From: an uncultured Planctomycetaceae bacterium
GTDB lineage: Bacteria > Planctomycetota > Planctomycetia > Planctomycetales > Planctomycetaceae
NCBI GenBank assembly: GCA_963813715.1
Contig: CAWFAK010000016.1
Span: 64,001-128,000, forward strand
DNA: 64,000 nt
Direction of reading: 5' to 3'
Below are positions 10,152 to 20,925 of this stretch, in pieces (position 1 is the first letter of the stretch; each line of letters starts with the position of its first letter). The translations under genes were made by a program, and so were the position numbers. The notes below the pieces were generated by a model. It was not told where the DNA came from. It ran no database searches and worked only from the letters and a program-made list of their open reading frames with translations.

Positions 10152-11493
10152 CTAACCGTGTCCGTGGTCGTGTGAATGTTTTTGAGCCGAATCGTGCGAG
10201 TGATCGTGCCCGTGGTCGTGCGGAGTGATCGTGGGAATGGTCGTGCGACTGATCATGTGTGTGGCCGTGATCGTGCGCGGGCTCGGCAGGCGGCGCGTCC
10301 GTCGCATCGGTGGCAGCGGTGACCTGCGAGAGATCGCAGCCGCTCTCGGCCGCCCGGTAGACTTCGCGGAGCGGCACACCGGCCGCTGCGGCTAACCGCG
10401 CGCAGTCCTCGAATTCAGGGGTGAACACGGGCGACTGGCCGCTCCGCCAGCCGAGTTTGCCGCGGACGGGTCCCCACGGCGTAGTGACCGTATGTTCGCG
10501 CCGCGAGCGCTTGGAACGCTCCATCCGCGACCGCCGGATGCCGAAGGTTGCCGTCTCGTCGAACAGAATCGCCTCGAGCTTGTCGGCGTCGGCCGGCCGC
10601 GCGATGACCGTCAGCAACGTTCCGGGCCGGTCTTTTTTCATTTGAATGGCCGCGGAAAAGACGTCGAGCGCGCCGGCTTCGAGCAGGCGTCGCTTCGTGT
10701 AGCCGATGATTTCGGCGGAGACGTCGTCGAGATTGGTTTCCAAGAGCGTCACCGAGTCGCTGTCGGCCGGGGTTTCAGCCGTACCGACGAAGAGTCGCAA
10801 CAGGTTGGCGCGCTCTGGAAAATCCTTGGTCCCCGCGCCGTAGCCGATCGATTGGATGGCCATCTCGGGCAGCGGCCCAAAGCGGTCGACGAGCGTTTTC
10901 AGAATGGCCGCGCCAGTCGGCGTCGTCAGTTCGGCATCGATCGGCACGTCGACGAGCGGCATGCCTTTGAGCAATTCGGCGGTGCCCGGCGTGGGCACGG
11001 TGCAGATGCCATGGGCGATCGACACTTGCCCGCGTCCGGTCGGAATGCGGCTGGCGACGATCTGATCGGCGCCCAACACGTCAAAGCCGACGGCTGCTCC
11101 GATGATATCGACGATCGAATCGATGGCCCCGACTTCGTGAAAGTGAATTTTGTCCACAGTCATGCCGTGCACGCGAGCCTCGGCGGCGGCCACGGCGCCA
11201 AAGATCCGCAGGGCCAGATCGCGCTGGGCCGGCGTCAGACCGCGTGCCTTGTCGATCAGGGCCTGAATGTCGGACAGGTGACGATGCGCGTGCTGCTCGG
11301 GATGTTCGACCCTCACGTACGTCGCTCGAAAGCCGCCCTTGATCACTGTTTGCGTGACGAGTTTGACCCCCTCTAAGCCGAGGGAATCGACGGCCGCCCG
11401 CAGGATGGCCGGGTCGACGCCGGCGTCGATCAGGGCGGCGAGCGTCATGTCGCCGCTGATGCCGGTCGAGCAATCGAGATAGGCGATCCGCAC
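10152..11493 (-). CDS. larC: Nickel pincer nucleotide cofactor nickel-insertion protein LarC with His-rich tail (one frameshift in the tail)
   Basis: YLDCSTGISGDMTLAAL, HFHEVGAIDSIVDI, ELTTPTGAA, ETNLDD, MKKDRPG and PEFEDC motifs. The His tail continues in another frame to TAG at 10152. Confidence 0.92.
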
Positions 11494-11862
11494 GGGACTC
11501 TCTTTCAGAGCGGCGCGGCTTGTGGCCGCGAGGGGCGGGAATTCTAGTCCTGCGGTCAGGCGGGGCCAAGGTCAACCCGACTTGCCGCAGCTTCCGGTTT
11601 TAACCAGCTCCCGCGCGATCCTGCAACGGGGTTGGGGCAGCGCTATGAAAACGTTTGGCGCGCGAAGATGGCGATATCGAACACGTGCCGACGGCGTAAC
11701 GTTCAGCCTCCGCACGGATTCCGATCGGCAGATTTGAGCGTTTGGGCTGCCGGGCGTCGTGTTCGACTTTTTCGTCTGAATCGATTGCAACGATTCTTAC
11801 GATAATAAGGACTGGCGCGCGGCTTGCCCGAAAGGTCCCGCCGCGCCACCAGGGGCCAATGC

Positions 11863-12576
11863 ATGGGGATCTGCGATTCGTGTCATGCGGGGTGCTGCCG
11901 CGCGTTTGCGGTTCCGGTCACTGGGGCCGACATCGTCGCGATCAAACGCCGTCTCGGCCTCCCCTTCGACGACTTTATCCGCCGCTTGCCCGACCATTCG
12001 GGTCGCCTGGCGAACGGGGCCGTGCCGCACTTTGCCTTCGAGGACACGCCGGCAACTCCCTACGTGATTTGCCTGTCGCAAACGCGTAGCGAGTTTCACG
12101 CCAACTCCAACAAGTGCCGGTTCCTGATCGAATGTGCGCCCGACGAGGAATTCCCGATCGGGCGCGCCCGCTGTGGGATTTATGGCGTGCGGCCTTCCGC
12201 CTGCCGGGTGTTTCCCACGAAATTCAACGCGACCAACGACCTGGCGGTCGTCGTCGATATTCCCGAGCGGTTGCGCCAGAATGCCAATCCCGCGTATACT
12301 CTGTGTCCGAGGCCCTGGCAGCCGGAGGATGTCGATCCGATTCAGGCCGTCCAGGACCTGGCGGTGCTCAAGTACGAATTGGCCTTCTTTTGGCAGGTCG
12401 CCGACTTGTGGAACCGGTCGCCCAAATCGTGGAGCGCGTTCCCGCAGTTTTTGGAAATCGTCTACTCCAAACGAGTGACGCGCGAAGAGCCGGCTCCCGC
12501 CGCTCAGAACGACCAACCGGCAACGCTCCCCTTGCGCGAGCCGCTCGATCCGGGCGTCATTCGCACCGCGGCCTGA
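11863..12576 (+). CDS. YkgJ-family cysteine-cluster protein (putative Zn/Fe-chelating)
   Basis: CDSCHAGCC, CRFL and CGIYGVRPSACRVFP motifs. Confidence 0.85.
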   Translation: MGICDSCHAGCCRAFAVPVTGADIVAIKRRLGLPFDDFIRRLPDHSGRLANGAVPHFAFEDTPATPYVICLSQTRSEFHANSNKCRFLIECAPDEEFPIGRARCGIYGVRPSACRVFPTKFNATNDLAVVVDIPERLRQNANPAYTLCPRPWQPEDVDPIQAVQDLAVLKYELAFFWQVADLWNRSPKSWSAFPQFLEIVYSKRVTREEPAPAAQNDQPATLPLREPLDPGVIRTAA

Positions 12577-12607
12577 GCTGTCGGCTGGCAGCGGGATCGG
12601 CCGCGCG

Positions 12608-13714
12608 ATGACGCCGCCCGTCCCCGCAGCGGCGCCCAATCCCGCACCTGACGACCGGGCCTTCGGACCTTCGGCCGAACTGCGACAATTGCGATTGCGC
12701 GCGGAGCTGCTCGAATTCACGCGGGCGTTTTTTCGCTCGCGCGGCCTCTGGGAAGTCGAGACGCCCCTGCTCTCGCGCGACATCGTTGTCGACGCATACC
12801 TCGAACCCTTCGTTACCCGCAGCGATGCCGGCAGCGATTGTCGGCCCGCTCCGCGCGAGCACGAACTCTTTTTGCAAACGTCACCCGAATTCGCGATGAA
12901 GCGACTGCTTGCCGCCGGCGCCTCGGACATTTTTCAGCTCACGCGCTCGTTCCGCCGTGGCGAGGTTGGCCGCCTGCACAACCCCGAGTTCACAATTCTG
13001 GAGTGGTATCACAAAGGTGCGACGTACCACGACGAAATGACGTTCGTCGAAGACTTCGTCGCGGCCTTCTGGGACGAGGCGGCACGCCTGATCGCCGCCG
13101 AACCGTCGGCTGAGGGACACACAGCGTCGACTCGTCCGGCCCCCGTTCCGCTGGCACGCCCCTTCCCGCGACTGACGTACGACGAACTCTTTCAGAGCGT
13201 GCTGGGAACGAGCGTTCTGGATCAGTCCACTGCGCAGCTTGGGGAGTTGGCCCGCGCCTGCGGCATCGCGCCGCCGCCAGGGCTGGCCGACGACGACCAC
13301 GACGGCTGGCTCAACCTGCTGTTGGCGCTCAAAGTGGAACCAGAACTGGCAAAGCAACGGGCCGCGTTCGTCTACGACTACCCGGCCGGCCAGGCGGCCT
13401 TGGCCCGCGTTCGCGAAAGCAAGCCGCCGGTCGCCGAGCGGTTCGAGCTGTATCTCGCGGGCATCGAAATTTGTAACGGCTACCAGGAACTGACGGACGC
13501 AGACGAATTGCGCCGGCGGATTGCCGTCCAGCAGGGGCTGCGGCGGCGGGAGGGGAGCCGGCCGCTACCCGCAGAAAGCCGTCTGCTCGCCGCCATGGAC
13601 TTTGGCTTGCCCGAGTGCTCCGGGGTGGCGCTTGGTTTCGACCGTCTGCTCATGACGGCAGTCGGCGCGACCTCGCTGTCGGAGGTGATCGCCTTTCCCT
13701 TCGACCGGGCCTGA
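12608..13714 (+). CDS. epmA: EF-P lysine aminoacylase EpmA (GenX/PoxA; class II LysRS paralog)
   Basis: EVETPLL, LQTSPEFAMKRLLAAG, HNPEFTILEWY, ERFELY, EICNGYQEL and GVALGFDRL; no anticodon-binding domain. Confidence 0.93.
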   Translation: MTPPVPAAAPNPAPDDRAFGPSAELRQLRLRAELLEFTRAFFRSRGLWEVETPLLSRDIVVDAYLEPFVTRSDAGSDCRPAPREHELFLQTSPEFAMKRLLAAGASDIFQLTRSFRRGEVGRLHNPEFTILEWYHKGATYHDEMTFVEDFVAAFWDEAARLIAAEPSAEGHTASTRPAPVPLARPFPRLTYDELFQSVLGTSVLDQSTAQLGELARACGIAPPPGLADDDHDGWLNLLLALKVEPELAKQRAAFVYDYPAGQAALARVRESKPPVAERFELYLAGIEICNGYQELTDADELRRRIAVQQGLRRREGSRPLPAESRLLAAMDFGLPECSGVALGFDRLLMTAVGATSLSEVIAFPFDRA

Positions 13715-13734
13715 CCACCGGAGTGCTCGCTGCA

Positions 13735-14218
13735 CTAGCGGTGTGGCCCCGTGATTGACGCGATTATCATGAGGATGACGAAACCAAGGGCCAGAAGCAG
13801 CGAGATGGCCAGGCTGATGATTGCCAGCGTCCGCCAGACAGTGCGCCGCTTGAATGTCGCTGCCAGTGCAATGGCTGCCAAAGCGATTCCCAAGAACGGA
13901 AACCAACAGAGCAAAATCGCCAGAACGCTTACGCGCCTTTGCCACGAACGAGATCGAGAACGATAAAAACGGACTGATGTCCGAATTGGCATGTTGTCGC
14001 AAATCATCGAGAGTCAATTGCGACAGAAGATGAGCGTGGCACGTGCCGCAGATCACGTAGGTGTTTCGCACGAAGAACAGCGGAATCAGGTGCAATGCCC
14101 GGAAGGTCTCGTGCCGTTCATACGATTCGCCCGCGGCCGCCGGAGCAAGACACGCGGGACACGCGAACTGAACGCGAGGACCGGGCGTGTCTCGACTGTG
14201 CACGCTCCATAAAACCAT
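13735..14218 (-). CDS. Zinc-ribbon membrane protein (frameshift near 13935)
   Basis: CPAC...CGTC pair in ORF 13565..14218. Two transmembrane helices continue in ORF 13735..14007. Confidence 0.65.
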
Positions 14219-14362
14219 CGAAGTTGTCCTCGGACGGTGCCAAAGCGCGAAGACGCGGCTCAGTCGCGTCGCGGGGTCCCTTCGGGTCTGACTTCGCCGA
14301 ACTCAGTCGATCCGAGCCTGGCGGTCGAAGGCAGTCGAGCCGACCAATCGATCTGAATCGCT

Positions 14363-14875
14363 CTAAAATTCCGAGCTGATCACTTCACTGCCGTTGCGTG
14401 TGGCCAGCTTTCGCAAGATCCGCATCGATGTTCTTGACGATCGCTCGCGCGGAGCCATCAGCAAAGGCAAAGATGCAGGCATTTTCGTGCGTGCTGCCGA
14501 AGCTGAAAAACTGCAGTGGGAGGTTCACGCTGATTTGGATGTTGGGATACTCTCCCGGGTTCCCGTTGTAAACGGCACAGGGGATGTACCAGTAAGAGTC
14601 GAAGTCGAGCCGGTCGTTGCGGAACCGGCGCAACAGCTCGATCCGTCGCCCCATAAGCCGAACCGCGAGTCGCCCATCAGCAGCGTTTCCGACGTTCCAT
14701 CGGTCACATCCTGCATGCGCACGGCACTGTTGGGCTGAACGGCCGGCAGCAACAGCGCTGCCAGCACGGCAATCACGGCGATCACGACCAGCAATTCGAT
14801 GAGCGTGAATGCTCGCTGGCGCCGCGGCCCCATTTGCACGTCCGTCGCCGCCCTGAGCCGTCTCGTCAGACTCAT
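14363..14875 (-). pseudogene. Internally deleted DUF1559 prepilin-like paralog (pseudogene or mini-gene)
   Basis: [26 protein letters not shown] is joined directly to [15 protein letters not shown]...HENACIFAFADGS...LRKLATRNGSEVISSEF*. Two small indels (~14628, ~14421) relative to 15090..16253. Confidence 0.75.
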
Positions 14876-15089
14876 GGTTCTTAACCTCGGGCCAAAAGCG
14901 CCGGGGTTGATCCGAGATTGGCTGGCAGAAGTGCACGCACTTCGACTGACCCGTGCTTGCAACCGGGATGAGCCGCAGGCAGAAGACGCCGAGAACAAAC
15001 TCTGGCCGCTCGGCGCCTTGGCGGGCAAACGGGGGTGCCCCGACCTCCGCCGAACGCTCAAACTCGTACCGAATGGGATACGGTTGGCT

Positions 15090-16253
15090 CTAGTATTCCG
15101 AGCTGACGATGTCGCCGGCGCCGCGGGTGGCCAGCTTGCGGAGGATCGATGCGTCGATGTTTTTGACGATCGGCCGCGACGAGCCGTCCGCGAAGGCGAA
15201 CACGCACGCGTTCTCATGCGTGCTGCCGAAGCTAAAGAACTGCAGGGGATCAACTACGTCCGTGTTGATGAGCGGGTACTCGTTACCTGCGCTGTTGAGC
15301 ACGGCGTTATAGATCTGCCAGTAGGAATCGAAATCGAGGCGATCGTTGCGGAACCGAGCGCAACAGCTCGAGCCGTCGGCCCAGAGCCCGAATCGCGAGT
15401 CACCCATCAAGAGCGTCTGCGAAGTCCCGTCGGTGACGTCCTGCATGCGGACGGCGCTGTTGGGATACAACATGCCGTTCGTCAGCCAGAGGGCGCTGCT
15501 GTAGTTCACGTCGCCTACCGGCTCCGAGCCCATCACGCCGCGGTAGGTGGCGAAGGCCAAACCGGCCGGGCGGGCCTGCGGTAACAGCTCTGAGGGGCAG
15601 ATGAACGTGGGGATCGGCGTTTTGATGAGCTGGAGATTGGTCGGGAGATCCTTGGCCCAGGTGAAATAGGGGCCCGAATAGCTCGTGTTGTCGATGCCGA
15701 AGATCAGCTGGCTGAAAACATTCTGCTGCTCGATCTGCGGGAGGATGAAGGCGTGCCAGCTCCAGGGAGCGGCAATCGACAAGTAGCTGATCGTCACCGG
15801 TGTGGGCGGATTGGTGATCGGAATCAGCAAGCCGGTAACCGGGTCATACTGGTTCATCGTGCCGAGCTGGAACGGGGGAAACGTTCCGGCACTCGGAACG
15901 TTCGTGCCGGCGGCCGGCGGCAGCGTGCCGAACGGGGCCAGTGGCGGATTCTGGTAGGCGGTTGCCGTGTTCTGTCCGTCGAAGAACAGATCCAGATCGC
16001 CGGGCGGGAAGGTCTGATTCACGTCGACATAATTGTGGCACGCCAGCGCGAGGTTTTTCAGGTTGTTGAGGCATTGCGTGCGGCGGGCCGCTTCACGGGC
16101 CCGTTGCACGGCGGGCAGCAGCAGGGCCGCCAGCACCGCGATCACGGCGATGACTACCAGCAGCTCGATGAGCGTGAAACCACGCTTGCTGCGAGTTGTA
16201 TTTGCACCGTGCACCAACCCGTTCGTCCTCCCGTGCCGACTGATCAGACTCAT
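15090..16253 (-). CDS. DUF1559 prepilin-type N-terminal cleavage/methylation protein with H-X9-DG motif
   Basis: [52 protein letters not shown] and [13 protein letters not shown]. Confidence 0.95.
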   Translation of the reverse strand: MSLISRHGRTNGLVHGANTTRSKRGFTLIELLVVIAVIAVLAALLLPAVQRAREAARRTQCLNNLKNLALACHNYVDVNQTFPPGDLDLFFDGQNTATAYQNPPLAPFGTLPPAAGTNVPSAGTFPPFQLGTMNQYDPVTGLLIPITNPPTPVTISYLSIAAPWSWHAFILPQIEQQNVFSQLIFGIDNTSYSGPYFTWAKDLPTNLQLIKTPIPTFICPSELLPQARPAGLAFATYRGVMGSEPVGDVNYSSALWLTNGMLYPNSAVRMQDVTDGTSQTLLMGDSRFGLWADGSSCCARFRNDRLDFDSYWQIYNAVLNSAGNEYPLINTDVVDPLQFFSFGSTHENACVFAFADGSSRPIVKNIDASILRKLATRGAGDIVSSEY

Positions 16254-16673
16254 GTTTCTGTCCTTGCGCCAAAGCGCCGGGCTGGTTCGGAAATTCGCAG
16301 CCAGGGAAGCACAGCCTTCATCTGGCCCAGAGATTCGGGCGTCGATCGGGGAATTGGCAAAATCCCCTTTGATTTAACCCCGCACCAAGGTGGGAAGGTT
16401 CGGTGCGAAAACGGGATCTTGAATTATGTTGCGCCAGCGGCGACCGCGACTCATCTCTTTTGGGGATTACCGCGGGCAATTCATTCGGGGCCGGGACTGG
16501 ATTTCGATCCGCTCTCCCTTCATTCTACGACAGGGCCGAACGTTTTGCGACAGACCGCCTTAGGGCGTCCGGATGTCCATTCAGAAACGGGCTGCGACCG
16601 GGGAATTCCCGCCGCCACTCGCCCATTTCCGCCGATTGTCGGGCGGAAGAGGTCGCCAACGGCCAAAAGCCGC

Positions 16674-18311
16674 TCAACCGCGGACCAGCCAGGGGAGCGG
16701 AGCGCCGGCCGGGGGAAGCTGGACAAGTTCTACGGCCTGGACCTCTTGATGCTTGGCCAGCTCGTCCAGGGCCTCGCGCGAGGGGGCATTGTCGAGATTC
16801 AGCACGGCCACGGAGTTGCCTCCCGGCTCGTTCCGTTCGCGACCCAGGGCCATGTGGGCGATGTTGACGCTGTGCTTGCCCAGAATCGTGCCGATGAAAC
16901 CAATGAGCCCGGGCACGTCGCGGTGGCGGTAGATCAGCATCAGGCCGTCGAGATAGGCATCGAGGTGGAAGTTGCCCAGTCGCACGAGCCGCAGGAACTC
17001 GGTGCCGAACGTCGTGCCGGCGGCGTGCAGCTCGCCGCTGTTGGTGACGACCGTCGCTGTGATCAAGGTCGAGAAATTGCCCGCCTCGCTGGTGGACGAC
17101 TCGGTGATCTCGATGCCCCGCTCCTTGGCGAGAAGCTCGGCGTTGACGATGTTCGCCTGCTCTTCGAGCGCCGACTCCAACAGGCCGGCCGCGAAACTGG
17201 CGGTCATCAACTTGGTTTTTTTGGACGCCGCTTCGCCTCGATATTGAATGCGGGCCGAGCGAACCGCGCCGCCGCGGCTCTGCTGCGCGAGCAACAGGCC
17301 CAGTCGACGAGCCAGGTCGAGGTGCTGTTCGACGTCTTCCATTTCCTTCGCGGAGATCGGCGCCATGTTGACGGCGTAGCGGACTTCGTTTCTCAGCAGA
17401 AAGCCGGCAAGAATTTCAGCCGCTTCGATCGCCACCAATTCCTGCGCTTCGTCGGTTGACGCGCCGAGGTGGGGCGTGCACATCGCGTTTGGCAGCGCGG
17501 GCAGCGGGTTGTCGACCGGCGGCTCTTTGGTAAAGACGTCGAGCGCGGCGCCTGCCACGTGGCCCGATTTGAGTGCTTCGGCAAGGTCGGCTTCGTCGAT
17601 GATCCCGCCGCGGGCGCAGTTGATGATGCGGACACCCTTTTTCATCCGCGCCAGCCGGGCCGCATTGATGATGCCGCGGGTCTCCTCGGTCAGCGGCGTA
17701 TGCACGGTAAGATAATCGCACTGCTCGGTCATCGGGTCGACCTCGCGAAATAGCTCGATGCCGTGCTCGCGGGCCCGCTCGGGCGAAAGGAAGGGATCGT
17801 AGCCGAGCACGCGCATCTCGAGGCCGCGGGCCCGCTCGGCTACCGCCAGTCCGATGCGACCCAAGCCCAGCACGGCCAGCGTTTTGCCGGCAAGCTGCGT
17901 CCCCGTGAACTTGCTCCGCTCCCACTTGCCGGCCCGCATGCTGGCGACGGCCTGCGGAATGTTTCGCGACAGCGACATCATCATCGCGATCGTGTGCTCG
18001 GCCGTGCTGGTGGTGTTGCCGGCCGGCGTGTTCATCACCACGATGCCCTCGCGCGTGGCCGCTGCCAGGTCGATGTTGTCGACGCCGACGCCCGCGCGGA
18101 CGATCACCTTGAGCCGCCGCTGGCCCTTGAGCAAAGCCTCGGTCAGCTTGGTCGCGCTGCGGATGATGATCGCGTCGGATTCGCCCAGCGCTTCGCGGAC
18201 TTGTTCCGGCGTCAGTCCCGAGCGAACGTCGACTTCGATCTCCGGCGAAGCGTCGCGAAGGATTTGCAGTCCCGCGGGGGACAAGTTGTCAGTAATCAGA
18301 ATGCGGTACAT
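16674..18311 (-). CDS. serA: D-3-phosphoglycerate dehydrogenase (long form with ASB and ACT domains)
   Basis: RAGVGVDNID, GLGRIG, INCARGG, PHLGAST and C-terminal ACT (DVPGLIG...VNIAHM). Confidence 0.96.
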   Translation of the reverse strand: MYRILITDNLSPAGLQILRDASPEIEVDVRSGLTPEQVREALGESDAIIIRSATKLTEALLKGQRRLKVIVRAGVGVDNIDLAAATREGIVVMNTPAGNTTSTAEHTIAMMMSLSRNIPQAVASMRAGKWERSKFTGTQLAGKTLAVLGLGRIGLAVAERARGLEMRVLGYDPFLSPERAREHGIELFREVDPMTEQCDYLTVHTPLTEETRGIINAARLARMKKGVRIINCARGGIIDEADLAEALKSGHVAGAALDVFTKEPPVDNPLPALPNAMCTPHLGASTDEAQELVAIEAAEILAGFLLRNEVRYAVNMAPISAKEMEDVEQHLDLARRLGLLLAQQSRGGAVRSARIQYRGEAASKKTKLMTASFAAGLLESALEEQANIVNAELLAKERGIEITESSTSEAGNFSTLITATVVTNSGELHAAGTTFGTEFLRLVRLGNFHLDAYLDGLMLIYRHRDVPGLIGFIGTILGKHSVNIAHMALGRERNEPGGNSVAVLNLDNAPSREALDELAKHQEVQAVELVQLPPAGAPLPWLVRG

Positions 18312-18408
18312 GAGCAGGACCCGATGGAGCGGTAGGACTCGAATCTTTGCGGACGGTAGCAAAGATGCGTCCCGTCGACTACCGCGCCCGGGGACTTTGA
18401 ACGGGGGC

Positions 18409-19227
18409 CTAGAAGTGCGCCGGGTCGTCGTTTCGCTCGGCAGTCACGGCCGGCGATCCGAGCGGAGCGATCGCGACGGGCGATGCCGTCGGATAGGCGG
18501 CGATCGGGTACGCGCCCGGAACGGCGGCGAACGCCGTGGCCGGCGGGCCCGGCGGGGCAAATCCGTTGGCGGAGTGCAGCGAGGCGAGCCGCGATTGCAC
18601 CTCAGGCTGCATCCAATTGCCGCGGAGCGAACGCTGGTACATGGCCGCCGCGCGCTCCGTCTGACCCGTCTCCTGATAAAGCTGTCCGAGTTGCGCGGTG
18701 GCGATCGGGTTGCCGGGGTCGAGCGCGAGCGCGTGGTACAAAGCCTGTTCGCTGGCCACGCTGTCGCCGTTCTGCCGTTCGATCCAAGCTAGCTCGATCT
18801 GGGCACCCGGATGGCGCGGCTGGGCGGCCGCCCACGTCGAGATCAGCTGCACGGACTCGGCCTGTCGCCCTTCTTCGTTCATCAGCCGTGCCAGACCGTG
18901 ATAGGCCGGTTGATGGCCCGGATCGAGCTGGATCGCCCGTCGATAATTCTGCTCGGCCCCGCTGGGATCCCCGGTGTGATTGAGCGCGCAGGCCAGGTTG
19001 TAAGTAAACGACGCATTGAGCGGTTCGTCGGCCACGGCTCTCGAGAATTGCACGCGGGCCGCGACGTAATTCCCCTGCCGATAGTCCCACATGCCGACCT
19101 GATTGTTCACGTGGCCGGTCATGGAGTTGCAGCCGCAGCTGGCCAAAGCCGCCACGGCGAGCAACCAACCCAAGGGCTGGAGGCGTTGCCGTCGAGCAGC
19201 GATCGCAAACTCGACTGGTGCCGACAT
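18409..19227 (-). CDS. TPR-repeat protein, probable lipoprotein
   Basis: Hydrophobic leader ending LASCGC, several TPR helical hairpins ([19 protein letters not shown]), Pro/Ala tail. Confidence 0.85.
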   Translation of the reverse strand: MSAPVEFAIAARRQRLQPLGWLLAVAALASCGCNSMTGHVNNQVGMWDYRQGNYVAARVQFSRAVADEPLNASFTYNLACALNHTGDPSGAEQNYRRAIQLDPGHQPAYHGLARLMNEEGRQAESVQLISTWAAAQPRHPGAQIELAWIERQNGDSVASEQALYHALALDPGNPIATAQLGQLYQETGQTERAAAMYQRSLRGNWMQPEVQSRLASLHSANGFAPPGPPATAFAAVPGAYPIAAYPTASPVAIAPLGSPAVTAERNDDPAHF

Positions 19228-19468
19228 AAACGCACGAAATCCGCGGCGAGCGATCCGCACCGGACACACGTTCGGACGAGGGAAGTCCAGGCGCAGACGG
19301 CCGTTAGGGAATCCGAAGAGAGAGATCGAAAGGTGCGGCAATTTAGCGATCGGCAAAATCTGCCGCAAGAGCGCTTTCGACCCGCATTCCGGCTGTAAAT
19401 GCCACCGAAATTGACCCGCTGGTTCTTGACGCCGCCCAGCCGCAATCAGAGTCGCGCGGCGGGCGCGA

Positions 19469-20656
19469 TCAGCCGTTGGAATCGGACGGCGTGTCGGTTC
19501 TGTCGCTCTTACGCGGCTTGCGGGTGCTCTTGCTCGGGCGGGTCTTCTTGGGTTTGGACGAGGCGTGCTCGTCACCGATCTTGGAGAGAACCAGTTCATT
19601 CCCGTTGATCGAGAAATTGAACTTCGAGAGAAACGTCATCCCCAAGAGCAGCGGGGCATTTTTCGCGTCCTCCGGCAGGACGCAGCACTCGACGTGTTCC
19701 GCCGTAAACTTGCCGACGCGGACCGAATCGAGCACCGCCAGCTTGCTCTTCACCTTCGAGCCGTCGGCGATCGTCGCGATCATCGTGATCGACGAGTCTT
19801 CCGGCTTCCACCCGCACTCGACGGCCACGTTGTGCGGCAGCACCACCTGGGTGGCGCCTGTATCGACGATCATCTCCTGCGCTTTGCCGTTGACGACGAC
19901 GGTCGCGTAATAGCTGTTCCCTTCGCGACGCAGCGGAATTTTTTCGGAGACGACGGTCTTTTCGAGCTGTTCCAGCTTCTTCATGCTGTTGAGGAAGTAA
20001 CTCGACGGCTTGATCGTGAACGACGTATTGGCGGCCGAATTCCACTCCGAGAGCGCGGCCTGGGCGTCCGCGTCGGACTTGAGCGCGGCGTAGCGCTCGG
20101 ACAGCCGGTCGACGAGCGTCCGGATTTCGGCAACCTGCTGCACATACGCCTCGCGAGCGTCGTTCGACTTCTTGCGGACGGTGTCGAGGCCTTTCTTCGT
20201 TTGTTCCTGCGTCTGCTCGAGCAGCTTGATTTCGCCGTTGTTGGCGTTCACTTCACCCACGAGGCGGTTGTAATCCACCGGATTGTTGCGGACGTTGGCC
20301 AGCGTCGAATTGATCTCGACACTGTTTTGCAGCCGCTGACGAACGTCGGCTTGAATTTGCTCGATGCCCCGTTCGCCGGCTTGCAGCTCCTTGGCCGCCG
20401 TCACCAGTTTTCGCTTGAGCGTGTTGGCCTCGTTGAGGGCATGTGCCAGCTGCTTCTCGTCGACGAGCGACAGGCCGGAATGACTGACGCGGATGCCCTT
20501 CTCCGAGAGCTTCTTCCGGGCCGTGGTTTCGGCACTTGCCGCTTGGGCGTCCTCGCCGCTCTTACCCTCGGGAGGCGCGGTCCGGGCCGTCTGGGCATAC
20601 AGAGTCGTGCCGAAGAGAACTGCGGAAAGGAGGCCGGTGCGAATTGATCCTGCCAT
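19469..20656 (-). CDS. Secreted retropepsin-like (clan AA) aspartic protease with N-terminal coiled coil
   Basis: Signal peptide, long helical region, catalytic [12 protein letters not shown] and LLGMTFL. Confidence 0.9.
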   Translation of the reverse strand: MAGSIRTGLLSAVLFGTTLYAQTARTAPPEGKSGEDAQAASAETTARKKLSEKGIRVSHSGLSLVDEKQLAHALNEANTLKRKLVTAAKELQAGERGIEQIQADVRQRLQNSVEINSTLANVRNNPVDYNRLVGEVNANNGEIKLLEQTQEQTKKGLDTVRKKSNDAREAYVQQVAEIRTLVDRLSERYAALKSDADAQAALSEWNSAANTSFTIKPSSYFLNSMKKLEQLEKTVVSEKIPLRREGNSYYATVVVNGKAQEMIVDTGATQVVLPHNVAVECGWKPEDSSITMIATIADGSKVKSKLAVLDSVRVGKFTAEHVECCVLPEDAKNAPLLLGMTFLSKFNFSINGNELVLSKIGDEHASSKPKKTRPSKSTRKPRKSDRTDTPSDSNG

Positions 20657-20925
20657 GGCACGAATTCCGCGAAAAGAGATGGGTCAGCCCTCACATCACT
20701 ATCAACTCGTCGCTGCGAGGCGGTCAAGCGGGAGCGAGGAAGCGCGGCGACGACTGGCCAGCGTCTTCATCGGTGTCTCCACCTATAGCCTCACCGGTGT
20801 CTCCAGATTTTAATGGCCGCGAAAAAGTGATCCGGTTACGATTTGGTCCGCCATCCTTCGGCCGGTGCCCGTTCTTGGACGAGCCCCGATTCTTGCTCCA
20901 CACAACTTGATGGAAGGATCCGCCG

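Noticed and set aside
9394..11493. 699-aa extended LarC
   Set aside because: The extension is read-through after a one-base indel in the His tail and overlaps the real gene at 9561..10106.
14363..15470. Possible diversity-generating retroelement TR/VR pair
   Set aside because: Differences are mostly synonymous and involve all bases rather than being adenine-specific, and there is no reverse transcriptase in the window.
16260..16670. Riboswitch (e.g. c-di-GMP) upstream of the DUF1559 gene
   Set aside because: I could not find the conserved aptamer motifs by eye on either strand; an Rfam scan would be needed.
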